Part shown: positions 48,701-59,603 of the stretch, one piece after another
Layout: each line of letters begins with the position of its first letter
Position numbering within the stretch: the first letter of the stretch is position 1
Assembly: GCA_000388065.2 (NCBI GenBank)
Contig: KB932201.1
Reading direction: 5' to 3' (one strand)
From: Fonticula alba ATCC 38817
Taxonomy: Eukaryota; Protista; Nucleariida
Length of the DNA: 64,000 bases
Made by a program: the position numbers and the translations under genes
The notes under the pieces: generated by a model
Told to the model about the DNA's origin: nothing
What the model saw: only the letters and a program-made list of their open reading frames with translations
Databases searched by the model: none

Positions 48701-49200
48701 GGGCAGGGCATGCCGGCTCCGGTGGGCGGGGAAAGAAGCTGATGAGCATACCAGGAGGGCGTTACTGAGGTGGGCAGGGCCGGAATAGGCCGCCGCATCC
48801 TGGGTGATCTGCTGGGCGGCGGTGGTCTGTGCGTCGGCGGGGGGGAGGCCCGTGCGGGGGATGAAGAACGCATAGATGGAGCAGCCGAAACAGAAGATGC
48901 CAATATCATCACCAAAGGCCCTGGTGGCCACCAGGTGGGGATAAAGCTGACGGAGTGTGGCGCGGTGGGAAGGCGAGCAGCGACAAATGCCGGAGTTAGG
49001 CCCGAGCGGGTGGAGGAACTGTCGTCCGGGAGGCAGGGCGGCGAGGGGGGCGAGTGGCGTACAAATTTCGAGGCGTCAAGGAAAGACGGGACAGTGTGCG
49101 CCAAATGGGCAGTGGTGTCGCCTTCGGCCCCGGTCGGCCGGGCCTGAATGCGTATGTTCAGGCAAAGACAGGAGAGGAGACTGCCGGTGATGGAAGACAT
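45703..49200 (-). CDS. Large Ser/Pro/Ala-rich protein with N-terminal CxC...CxxC and a PRAS40(AKT1S1)/Lobe-like C-terminus, 3 exons
   Basis: Exons 49200-49063, 48946-48752 and 48624-45703 are all phase 0. The N-terminus has SCLCLNIRI and IFCFGC. The C-terminus has an acidic tract followed by YASSLPMVIP...SSDSDE...ILSASLA...LLGSSVPNARVTS. Confidence in the gene is high; the family call is tentative. Confidence 0.75.
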   Translation of the reverse strand: MSSITGSLLSCLCLNIRIQARPTGAEGDTTAHLAHTVPSFLDASKFVRHSPPSPPCLPDDSSSTRSGLTPAFVAARLPTAPHSVSFIPTWWPPGPLVMILASSVSAAPSMRSSSPARASPPPTHRPPPPSRSPRMRRPIPALPTSVTPSWYAHQLLSPPTGAGMPCPPPPLLPLSLSLSANPPTIAPPPLTQTGAILSSAIHRPEYSAAFGLLLNHLRSPRPVCSGALAPEQPSDTPAAECGCCPPPPSVAVSDLADLRSQLLASLRSHLRLAIQQALEDRLTIWHSALALGCLDPVARDSLPTGDAIGPGGPLDLPAPDADLAPDFVQALCAGPRLPALLAALFPAGEAATDVAPAGDALQRLGDFAIRACPAPALASTPELDTSTGEESAPAGMAPGILAAARSFDPMQTGSPQEGDVDPAPAPAISSPRAGGPGSPQLGLSSSLSMALKAATPANEAATMEFDLPRGTAEEIGDVLLPATPASSFADPSPLGQMGVPVIGATGAGRAGSEVPRSPVNFVSGTTPSASRLSFGPDSYSQLSSSLADGSRTLPATPASSLAESSFLSGSLSTSAAAGRMNFVSGATPSSAPGFVRSPSTGTPLDMAAPAPSATAAPMPVATRGFFVASPGSPPGAVVTAATPAAGTAGSPTALSISDFSAHGRPLRRGSGAGLPVLGAGSPPPSAASSFSEVGRSPLAGPGSPFHLNKAPPPGAIPMRMNGPSPAFELGVSPAGASSFLAESLAVASLSATPMAAGSLAIPIQGAGAGIGAGAGAGAGAGASTIVPSVHPLNSPPRNVVITAPGSSSPPYSPAFATGGPALGASPTSSDLASGSTSPGSQSLPPTPASTPFGTPATPSSTPSAMVTDSRYSSYAQSMSAAVTASNAQQLLAAAVEQIAQADRQRSRSNSTTTTPNSTASAATGRGSATLASPTPVATNVPLYNVDIPLPGDDLSEADLSFDSLMLLPSLPETAALGGGGAIGGSRLAAISGESGFRGGAVYDAAAARPDDSDVSDLPDSDLDSDLEGDSIAQPEIGAGGQHTGPAAVPISMGSNSSAAAAAAASSNSIYASSLPMVIPPRGPVPVVKDGDRWRNGDISSDSDEGSFIAPHILSASLANSSKLKARPAADAPESPTAVDVDTEALLGSSVPNARVTSRGAPDFAL

Positions 49201-50189
49201 GGCGTCGTCCTTTCTCGACCGAGGGGAGGCGGGGAGGGAAGGGGAAGGGCGAGTGGATGGGGGGGAGGAGAGAGAGAGAGAGAAAAAGAGGGAGGGAGTC
49301 CTTCCGTGTGCGAGCTCGCAGCGCGGCGGGAGCGGCTGAGGGGCGGCGGAGGAAGGGAGAGCTGGCGAGAAGAGAGGGGGAGAGAGAGAGAGAGAGGAGG
49401 GGAGAGGGAGAAAGCAAAGAGAGCCGGGGGGGGGGGGGGTGAAGAGGGCGCAGGGCAGGGGGCGAAGGCGCCGAGAGTCGGGGGGGGGGGGGATAAACGA
49501 GTGCGGCGCGTGGATCGAGCCGCTCGGGCGGCGGCGCCGGATAAAGCGCTTTTTCGAGGCAGATAGAGTGCGCGGCGGGCGGCGGCGAGCCAACACCAGC
49601 CAGCTCGGGGGCGGTGGAAACCGACCGACTGAGACTAACCAGCGAATGGGGAACGACCGTGGGGCGTGGTTGGGCAGCGCGCGGGGACGAGGGGACCGTC
49701 GCAGGGGTGTCGCGGGACGTTCCCGAAGTCGAATCAGTCCGCCCCACACCCCCTGCGGCCCTTGGGCCCCGCCCCCCCCNNNNNNNNNNNNNNNNNNNNN
49801 NNNNNNNNNNNNNNNNNNNNNNNNNNNNNNNNNNNNNNNNNNNNNNNNNNNNNNNNNCCGCCACAGCTGTTCCCTGGGTACGCCACAAAGAGAGAGAACG
49901 GGAGAGTCAAATCCCTGGCTCATCCGCCTGATCGGCATGGGGTACATATGTTTGGGGAAGACACGGGGGGGGGGGGGGGCGGACATCCTCGGTCTCCCCC
50001 TCAGAACGCGCCTGGCCGCCCCCTTCTTGGGTCCCTGGGGGGGGGGGGAGCCGGCGGTCGGTGTCCGGCCCCAGTCTTGTGCGGGGCGCCGAGCCACTGG
50101 CCTCCGAGGCGTTTGTTTATTTTTGCCCCGCCCTTCAACACCTCGCCGAAGAGACGCACACACACGCAGAGGAAGAGACAAAGAGAGAT

Positions 50190-50224
<35 letters not shown>

Positions 50225-51957
50225 GACACGGGCAGCAAGGCAGACAACGCGCTGGTCCGAGAGACGGTGGAGGTGGGAGATTATTTTATCGGCTATAAAC
50301 TGCAGACGATACCCAACAGTGCGGGGGCAGGAGGGGGGCAGAGAAAGCTCACGGGGGCCCGCCCCCCCCCCCCGGCCGGAGAAGCCGAGAGCACGCCGGG
50401 GCCTGGGGAATCTTCCTCAGCCTTTACACCCCCCACCCCCCCCCTCGGCGAGGTCCTTCACCTGAAATGGGCAGAGAAATAGGGACGACGAATATTCCGA
50501 GCCAAGAGCACCCACCTGCCGGAGCGCTCAGACACACGCACGGAGACGGGCGCCCGCCCCTCCGCGGTGCGATGGCTCGTGTCAACAAGTACGAGAACAA
50601 GCGCGGGCGTGTGGCTTTGTCCCCCCTGGTCGAGCTATCCCCCTTGGTGTCCTCGCGCGTGTCGAAGAACTCCAGGGCCCTCGGCGCGCCGATGCGATCG
50701 GCTACACCTGGGGAGACACACAGGCAAGCACAAACCACGAATGGCAGCTTGACTCTGACCACTGAAAGGGGGGGGGGGGGGTCCAAAAGAAGTCTCGAGG
50801 TCGAGCCCCCCCCCCCCCCTCACTAAACAGCATGGCCACAGCCGCACCCCGGCAAAGGGCAGCCCCCCTCCCGAGGGGCGGGGCCAGGGGCGCGGGGTGG
50901 GAGGGAATGAGAGAGCGCCCGTTGCCGAGTATCCTGGCGCCGTGGCACATCCTCCGGCAAACGTGAGCATGACACTTACAAACGGGCAAGCCGCCGTGCC
51001 GTCTCAGACTCCGAACGCTTCCAGAGAGAATAACAACGCTGGCATGACCTCCGGCGCGCGCCCCCCACCCCCCCCTGATCGCGGGCACAGCCGCGCCCCC
51101 ACCCCCGGGGGCGGCTGGATGCGCCGGGGACGCCCAGAAGACTGGGTGGTCGGCGCCCCCCCCCCCCTATCCAACAACAACAGAGCCCCATGCCCACCGC
51201 CCGCGGGGCGGGGCGCCGGTTCGAGAGGATGCCTCGGGCTCGAAATAGTGGCCGAAATAGTGGCCGCGTTCCAGGCAAGCCCGTCCTGCCGGCAGGAGGC
51301 ACAAACGGAGGGAGGACGCAGCCTCAATGACACAGAGGACTAGAGAGAGGCCGAGAGGACGAACCGCGCTGAGGGGCAACATGGCCCCGGCAAAGAAGCA
51401 GGGCGGCTGGGGCGCGAGGGGGAAAGGACGAGGCCCAGCTCTAGGGGGACCCCTCCCGGCCCCTTGTGAGGTGCGGCCATTGGCAGGGATCGGGGCTGGC
51501 AGAATGAATGCGCCCTGTGCATTCCACACCCGCACGGGGCTCGGTCGGATGGGGCGCCGTGGTGAGGCCGGGTCGGAGGGATCGGCGAGGAAGGGTCCCC
51601 AGGGGGGCACGAAACAGGCGCACTCGCCGCGGTATCGCTGAGGGTGCCCTGGGGGGGGGGGGGGGGCCCTCCCGCTTCGTGCATCCGGGCCACGGGGGGG
51701 GGGGGGGTTCCACAGGTCCATGACATTGCCACCAGGAACAAAGGCCGGCATTCGGGCTTGTGCGCACGGGCAAGCGAATAATTGGGCGCCGAAAGACGCC
51801 GCAGGCGTTCTTCCCCTCCACACGGACAGACCGGGGCCCCGGCGGAAGTGCGCCGCCAGGCTGGCCAACTGGGCGGCCCAAGAATCAACGCGACCCAGCG
51901 CGCATGCGGCGGGGCCGACTCACTCTCGGGTGTCGGCCGGGCCGGGGGAATCACTCA

Positions 51958-52032
51958 CCAATCGGTTTGAGGCGTGTAGCAACAGCGAACACCGGCTCTC
52001 GTTTGGGGGGGCGGGGGAGGGGGGAATATAAA
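51958..52032 (+). promoter_or_regulatory. Candidate core promoter: CCAAT box, GC box and TATA box
   Basis: CCAAT at 51958-51962, GGGGCGGGG at ~52008-52016 and TATAAA at 52027-52032 occur in canonical order. The motifs are short, so chance is possible. Confidence 0.35.
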
Positions 52033-54668
52033 GGCACCATTTTCGATGGGTCTCTACCACTCTACACGGCACCTGGGGTCTTTCTCCCCGTCCGATCACG
52101 ACGAACTCTGCCTCCGCCGGCATCACTGTCAAGGCAAGAGAGAGGGTGGATGACGGACCGGGAGGAGGCATGCGTGAGCACATGTTCGGTCTTCGGGGCC
52201 TCCTCCCCTGCCCCGCCGCCGAAGGGACGACGGGCGAGGCGGCGGCGGGTTTCGTCGACGGGAGAGCCCAGGGAGAGGACCGGCGACATGGACAATCACG
52301 AGCCCCAGCCCATGCACATGGCACACACACTCACACGTGGGGTGATCAGCCGAACATGACATTTCTCAGGCACAACCCCGAGGAACGCGCGTCAGAATGC
52401 GCGCGCTCGCCGGCGTCTCCACGCATCAGGGCTGCTGCGCCCCGCCCCCCAGGGGGTAAACTCTACCTCCCTCGGGGCAAGCACATTCGAGTTACCCAAT
52501 CCCTCGGACACTCGCCCCACGGATGCTATTCTCAGAGGTGTTTGGACTAGCCGCCGCTCTTCTCCCTCCCTCCCCCCCCACCCCCCCCCCCCCCCCCTGG
52601 GGAGCAGCTCATGCGCGTGCGGGGGTGCTTGGTCCCGGCGCCCGGGTTCTGGGAGTGATGTTGGACTTTGTTGCCTTGTCGCGGCCCCCACCCACGGTCC
52701 AGTCTTGTTAACCGTCACCCCGCCGAGCACCCCCCCCCCCCGCCCGGACTTATGTGTCTCTCCCTGGCTCTGTCCGGCCCCTGGTCCCCGCAGCTCTCCA
52801 TGAAAGTCGACTGGGCCCGGCCGATCGAGCGCAGCATGCCCGTCGATCGGGGAACAACCCAAACCGGCAAGCGAGGGACTGCCCCGAGGTCGAGCCGATG
52901 GCTGCCAGGTCTCCGAGGTCCGGACCAGCCGGAAGGCTGCCGAGGGCCGGGCACCTGTGGCGCGAACATCCAGACTCGAGCCAGACGGGCGGAGCTTCTC
53001 CGCGCGGTGCTTACCCGAGCATGGGGGGTCAACCGAGGTCCATCCCCGGCGGCCCAGCCCAGCCCAGCCCAGCGGCTGACAGTGCGCCTCCATAGAGGCT
53101 AGTCCTCCCCCTTGCTGGACTTCGGGTCTCCGTCTCCGGCGGAGGGGGGCGGGCGGGGGGGACTCCCTTCCGGACGCTTCTCCGGACCTTTGTCCGGAAG
53201 CGGGGCATTCCGCTGCCGCCGCGCAAGGGTCTCCCGACTGGCGTGACATGTTGCGGAGGGCCGCGGGGGTCGAGCCGGCAGGAGGACTTGGCGGAACATG
53301 TGTCCCCTTGCCCCGCGCGTCGCTCTCGCTCTCTCTCTCTCTCCCTCCAGCAGAAAACCCGGGGCGCAGTAAGGAAAGCCTTCCTTCCCTGCCGGGGCAT
53401 TTTTCGCGCCTGCCCTGATGGGATCGCACTGGTTGGAAGATGCGCCCTTCCTGAGAGGGCAGCTTACTCGATGGAGGAGGGGGCCCGGCTGATGATGATG
53501 ATGATGATGACAATGATGGTCACCCGTCCTCTGTCTTCTCCGTCGTGGCTTGCCCCCAACAAGTCTGCCTGCTTTTTCAGCTGCCAGAGCCGCCCCCGGC
53601 AAACCCCCGGGGGAAGGGCGGCGAAGGGGCCACTCGAGCAACAGCAGTAATCTCACCTTCAGAGGGAGGGCCGGGATGCGCGCCGAGGGTGGGCTGGCAC
53701 CTGTCCCCTCCCTCTCTCCCCTGCATGCTGTTGCTGGCGGCGTTTGATCATTTTCCCGTGCCCGGGAGCGGCATTTTTCCCCTGACATGAGGACTTTTCT
53801 CCGCCCCCTCCGCGAATTGCCCGGCCGAACTTTGGGAAGGCTCGCGGGCGGAGGGCAGCGACGCTCTGGGCCACCGCCCCTCTTGCCCGACGGTAACTGG
53901 GATACCGAGCGCGAAAAAAGGGGCTTCTGGCCCCAGTGAAGGACAGGGGCTCCGCCGAGAGTCCGACCCCCCCCCCCGGGGGGGAGCGGCGGCGGGGAGA
54001 GAGGATGGAGGGAATGTCCGCGTTATCGGCCAAGGCCTGCCCCGGCTTTCGCCCGTTCTCGGGCTCACTCTCGGAGTCTCGATGATCTCATTTGGCAGGG
54101 GGCGCCCGGGGCCGGGGATGGGACAGGGCGCTCGCGCGCGCGCGCGCCCGCACGCACTGGGGGGGGGGGATGTGGAGCGCCTCCCTCCGGGTTGTCCGGT
54201 GTCCCTGACAGAGACAAACGTTCGGGTGGCCGTGGCGGGCGTGCTTCTTTGCTGTTTCGTGCGCCCCTGCTCGGGACGACCTCACCGTTTCCGCGCCCCC
54301 CCCCCCCCCCCCCCCCTTGCCCTGTTCCGCCCCGTTGCTCATATTCGACCATTAATGTGGTGCTGCCCTGAGGCTCACCTTGCCCGAAGGTGCCCCAGAG
54401 ATTCCTCCCCCCCTCCCTCCCCCTCCTGTTCAGAGTAAGTTTCTCTCTCTCTCTCTCTTCCGCCTCTTCCCCCTCCCCCGGTCTTTCTTTCCGTCTCTTT
54501 CCCCCTCTCCCCCTCTCTCCCTCTCCTCTGCCTCATCAGCCCCTCCGCTCCCTCCTTCCTTCGCGCAGGACGCTTTTGTCCCCATTGCCGTCGGCCAAGA
54601 CTGACCCGCCGCCACCACCGCCACATAGAGCACCCTCCGGCCTCTCCCCTCCCCTCCTCCCAATCAAC

Positions 54669-55181
54669 ATGTCCCGCACCTCCAAGTACAAGACTGACAA
54701 TGACCTCAGTGCGTTTCCCTCTCCCCATCCCCCCATCCCCCTCGCCCCCTCTTCCCCATTCCCCTCGCGCCCTCTCTCCCCTTATCTAACCCCCTCCCCT
54801 TTCCCTGCTCTCCTCCCCCGGACCCCCCCCCCACACCCAGGCAAGCGTCAGACCGAGTCCAAGAAGATCCTCGAGAAGCACCCGGACCGCGTCCCCGTCA
54901 TCTGTGAGAAGGCTGACAACTCCTCCATCCCCGAGATTGACAAGAAGAAGTTCCTCGTTCCCGGCGACCTGACTGTCGGCCAGTTCGTCTATGTCATCCG
55001 CAAGCGCATCAACCTCGGCCCCGACCAGACCCTCTACGTCTATGTCAACAAGGGTCTCCCCCCCACTCACACTCCCATGAAGGTCATCTACGACGACAAC
55101 CGCGATGAGGATGGCTTCCTCTATGTCACCTACTCCGGGGAGAACCTCTTCGGCAGCGACGAGAACACCGAGTCTCAGTAA
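54669..55181 (+). CDS. ATG8: Autophagy ubiquitin-like protein Atg8, 2 exons
   Basis: Exons 54669-54708 and 54841-55181: ...[12 protein letters not shown]...[25 protein letters not shown]...[17 protein letters not shown] followed by the tail SDENTESQ*. Confidence 0.97.
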   Translation: MSRTSKYKTDNDLSAFPSPHPPIPLAPSSPFPSRPLSPYLTPSPFPALLPRTPPPHPGKRQTESKKILEKHPDRVPVICEKADNSSIPEIDKKKFLVPGDLTVGQFVYVIRKRINLGPDQTLYVYVNKGLPPTHTPMKVIYDDNRDEDGFLYVTYSGENLFGSDENTESQ

Positions 55182-56030
55182 ATGTGTGGTCTCTCGGGCT
55201 TTGCGTCCCCCCCCCCCCCGCTTTGCCCGATGTGTGCCGCCGTTGCGCCTGAATGCGAGTGTGCGCACGTGTCTGTGTGTTTGCATGTTGTGAGTACACA
55301 CGCACGCGCGTCCTCCCTCTGGCCTTTGCCCTCTCTTCACATGTTCGCCCGCCGTTCCCCTGTGCGCCGCTCCTCCCCCCCGAGAGCGTCTGGAGTCTGT
55401 GCCGGCCTCCATCTTGGCCGCAATCCCCGCACGACCTCTCTCTCTCATCCGATTTGTATGCTTCTATCCTCGCCCTCCCGCGCCGCTTGTGGGCATGCAT
55501 ACCCGTTTGCCTGGGCACACCAATTCCTTCAACCATCCACCTCCCTCCCTCTCCCGACACATGGCACCCATGTGTCGGAGTGGGTTGAAGATGGACCCTT
55601 GTACCATTATGTCGGCCCCATGTGTATGCTCCCCCTCTCGCACGCACGCATGCTTGCATTTGCACTCTCATAAGCTCCACCGTGTCTCCACTTTCCCTCT
55701 GCCCGATGATCTGCATTTCGACAGAGGTAGAATTGTACCAATCTCTCGTTTGCCTCCTCGCCTCCCCGCCCTTTTCCCCCCTTCCCTCTGATAAACAGCC
55801 CCGTGGACGGTGTTTTCTCCTCGAGAATGCATCCCACTCCAATAACAAAGAAATTACAAAGCACATCCCCGGTTCACCTTTTTATATACATCTATATTCC
55901 GACACCTGCGCGTGTAAAGGATACACCTTGTGATGACTTCCAAGCGGGGAGGGACAAGGATTGCCACCGGGGGGGGGGGGGGGGGGGTGGGGGGGGGGGG
56001 GGGGGGGTAGCTACAGGGGATGGCGTCCAC

Positions 56031-56475
56031 ATGTGGACCCGGAAGCGTGCATACCTGGTGGCCCTTTCTCTCGTGGCTCTCTTTATCGCGCCTGGGACAC
56101 GCGATGAGCCTGAAATCCGCCGATATGCCCCCTCTCGTCCCTCAAGTAGAACGCCCACCGGCTTCGGTGCGCCCAACAAGGGACACAAAACGGTTAGGGC
56201 TTGTCTTTGTTTCGCCCCTCCACCCACAGGTGAAGTTCAGGATCGCACTGTCGTGCACTTTCTTTGCACACAATAACTGCCTCGGCCTGACGTGGGTGGC
56301 CTCACCCTTAAAACGAGTGGCCGCCGATGGGTGTGTCCTCCAGTGTGTGTGTGTGCGCGCGCACCTGTCTCCGTACATCTTTAAGCCATTCGTATTGGCC
56401 AAATACATCCAATCTACATATGAATGCCACATCCAGTGCCCACTCCCCCGAACAGGAAAAAAAAAGCCGATCTAA
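56031..56475. other. Possible small spliced gene; strand unresolved
   Basis: Consensus donors (GTGCGC, GTGGGT) and AG acceptors delimit a ~60-nt middle exon on both strands. The region is AT-richer and free of homopolymers. No family recognised. Confidence 0.3.
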
Positions 56476-56781
56476 TCCCCCGAACTCAACGCCCAGCCAC
56501 CCGGACATGCAGCAGCAGGACACATGGAGGGAAGGGGCCCGTGCACAATCATGAAAGAGGGAGAGAGGGCGACGGACACCAACACAACCATGGGTAGATG
56601 GGCCAGAGAGGGAGAAGGTATAGCGCTGGGGGGTGGGGGGTGGGGGGGGAGCTAGGTAATGCTATATCTTTTGAATGGGGGGAGAGGGAGAGTTGGGAAG
56701 AGAGGCAAAGGGGGAGAGCCCACAAGGAAACTGGCGTGGGCATCGGAAAGCAGCGCCCAGCGCGGCGGTTACGTGGCGACA

Positions 56782-58569
56782 TCACCGGATGGAGAAAACT
56801 GCCCCGAGAAACTGCTCATACTGCATTGTGGCCCAGCCATTCTGCTCGAAGGAAAGGGTGGTGAGAGGGGGGGAGGAGGGGGAAAGGAGGGGGAAAGGAG
56901 GACAGAGAGCAGGGTCAGAACAAGGGGCACAAACAGGGGGAAAAGGTGAATGGGACAGAAGGCAGAGCAACAAAATACCCACCTGGTTGATGTCGTAGCG
57001 GCGGAAGGCATTGGTAAGGCTCTGGAGGGTCGCACAGAGCTCGATAAAGTGATCGAAGGCAATGCCGGTCTGGTCTGTGGGTTGACGTGCAACGGGGCGT
57101 CGGGGGGGGGGGGAGGTAGCAAGTGGGCGCACAGTCAGCATAGGCAGAGAAACCCGCGGGGAGGGCCGCCCCCTGCACAAGGGACCAGCACTTGGTCTGA
57201 CTCGCTACGCACCGGGTACTGAGTACTTCCGGAGGAGAATGCTAACCATCTGATCACTGAGAGCATAGCCAAACTGACGCAAGGCAGTGCGAAGTTCGTG
57301 GATGTCGATCGAGCCAGACTGGTCTGTGGTGGTACGGGTGCACACGCACACACGCACACACGAGGGAACACGGTGATAGGGAGAGGGGAGAAGCACCCGG
57401 AGGTCAGAAGAGTGATCGATGGACCGTAGAGAAACGCGCCCGCACAGCAACAGCAACGCAGAGGGGTCACCCAGGTTGAAGGGGGGGAAAAACCGCGCTC
57501 ACGTACCGCGATCAAACTGGCGGAAAACATTTACCCACTGGCCGATGTAAGACCAGATGCCCTGCGCGNNNNNNNNNNNNNNNNNNNNNNNNNNNNNNNN
57601 NNNNNNNNNNNNNNNNNNNNNNNNNNNNNNNNNNNNNNNNNNNNNNNNNNNNNNNNNNNNNNNNNNNNNNNNNNNNNNNNNNNNNNNNNNNNNNNNNNNN
57701 NNNNNNNNNNNNNNNNNNNNNNNNNNNNNNNNNNNNNNNNNNNNNNNNNNNNNNNNNNNNNNNNNNNNNNNNNNNNNNNNNNNNNNNNNNNNNNNNNNNN
57801 NNNNNNNNNNNNNNNNNNNNNNNNNNNNNNNNNNNNNNNNNNNNNNNNNNNNNNNNNNNNNNNNNNNNAGAGAGAGAGAGGGGGACGAGGAAGAGGAAGA
57901 AATGATCCAACATCCGGATGTCAGCACAGCAAGGAGATATCGTCAAAGAGGAGGGGCAGAGAAGAGAGGGATGCAGTGGCGATACGCGAGTCAAGGATCG
58001 GCAAGATCGCCGCGGGTGGGAGAGCACCCAAGCGCACCTTAAACTTTTGAAAATCGATGGTGCCATTGTTGTCAACATCAAAGAGGTTGATCAAGAGGCT
58101 GATGGTGGGAGAGGCAGGGGGCGGAGGAGGGAAAGCACAGAGGGGAAGAAAGGAATGTTAGTTGATTGACAACCACAGGAGTCAAGGTCAGGGGGCGGTG
58201 GGCTCATGAAAGGGACGCACTTGATCGTGGACATGGCAAAGGGCCGATTAGCCCATCCGCCATTGGTGAGGCAGCGCTGAAGCTCCTCCGCGTTGATTGT
58301 CCCTGAACGGTCACTGGCGATGGAAGAGGAGGAACATGGAGACGATCACAGGGGTCAGAGAGAGGAGACATACAAAAAGAGAGAGAGAGAGAGAGAGAGG
58401 GGAGGGCGAGGCGAAAGTGGGCAGTGGCGTTTCAAAAGGGAGGGGGCGGGGGAGTCGAGATGCAGGCTTACGTGTCTACGGCGCGGAAGAAATTCAGAAG
58501 CTGCGCTTCCTGGGGAGACATCGCAGGGTAGCCGCCGTGGCCAGGAGGGGGGTGACGCTGATATGACAT
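56782..58569 (-). CDS. Penta-EF-hand Ca2+-binding protein (PEF1/ALG-2 family), multi-exon, spans a gap
   Basis: Segments: MSYQRHPPPGHGGYPAMSPQEAQLLNFF, DRSGTINAEEL, FDVDNNGTIDF, IWSYIGQWVNVFRQFDR|DQSGSIDIHELRTALRQFGY, AFDHFIELCATLQSLTNAFRRYD and GWATMQYEQFL. Confidence 0.92.
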
Positions 58570-59078
58570 GGCTGTGTGGGTGGGAGGAGAGAGTGAGCAC
58601 CAAGGGCAAGACGGGGAAAGATCTACACGACCGGGGGGAGGCTGGAGGGAGAAAGAGAGAGGGAGGAGGCGGGGGGGGGGAAGTGTGGGGCGACGCACTT
58701 GGGGGCGGAGACTCCGACGAATGGGGATGGGAAACCAAATCCGGGGATGGCGAGGACGGAGAAAAGAGGGAGGGCGAGAGGGGAGGGGGCGAGGGGGAGA
58801 GCGAGGGAGGGGGGGGGGAGGGGTAGAAAGAGGGAGCGTTCAGGAGGGGCATTCGGGAGGGAGGCAATCCGCTGCTTCTACTCCAGCAACCAGGCAGACG
58901 GGCGCCCCGGGCATCTGAAAAAGGTCGCGCAGGAGGGTCCGGCCAAGGCCGGGAGTCTCGCGGAACTGTGTGTACCATTGCCGGGCCTCATGCGCCGCCC
59001 TCCCCCCCCCCCTCCCTCCGGGCTGCCCCCCCACACCGAAAAAGCCGGAAACAGGGAAAGCGCACCGGTTCACGAGGA

Positions 59079-59603
59079 CCGCCCGTGCCTTGCTCGCCAC
59101 TTTTCCGGCGTCAACAGCGGAGGAAGGGNNNNNNNNNNNNNNNNNNNNNNNNNNNNNNNNNNNNNNNNNNNNNNNNNNNNNNNNNNNNNNNNNNNNNNNN
59201 NNNNNNNNNNNNNNNNNNNNNNNNNNNNNNNNNNNNNNNNNNNNNNNNNNNNNNNNNNNNNNNNNNNNNNNNNNNNNNNNNNNNNNNNNNNNNNNNNNNN
59301 NNNNNNNNNNNNNNNNNNNNNNNNNNNNNNNNNNNNNNNNNNNNNNNNNNNNNNNNNNNNNNNNNNNNNNNNNNNNNNNNNNNNNNNNNNNNNNNNNNNN
59401 NNNNNNNNNNNNNNNNNNNNNNNNNNNNNNNNNNNNNNNNNNNNNNNNNNNNNNNNNNNNNNNNNNNNNNNNNNNNNNCTGCACACCTCCAAGCCTCAGG
59501 CGGGGAAAGGGGGGGGGGGGGGGGAGAGACCGCGCGGGGAAGACAGCATCCCTCCTTGCCCCGGGGCCACTTGGATAACCCTCGTTGGGGCTGGCCCTGA
59601 GGA
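59079..59603. repeat. Gap-flanking sequence duplicated at 63319-64000
   Basis: 59079-59128 equals 63319-63368, and 59479-59603 matches 63875-64000 apart from the poly-G length. Confidence 0.92.

Noticed and set aside
52060-52110. 5S rRNA-like fragment cccgtccgatca
   Set aside because: Only ~12 nt resemble 5S; the flanks do not give the 5S helices or internal promoter boxes.
56262-56276. C-T-Q-stop as a CxxU selenoprotein motif
   Set aside because: The stop is TAA, not TGA, and the downstream residues do not resemble SelT, SelW or SelM.
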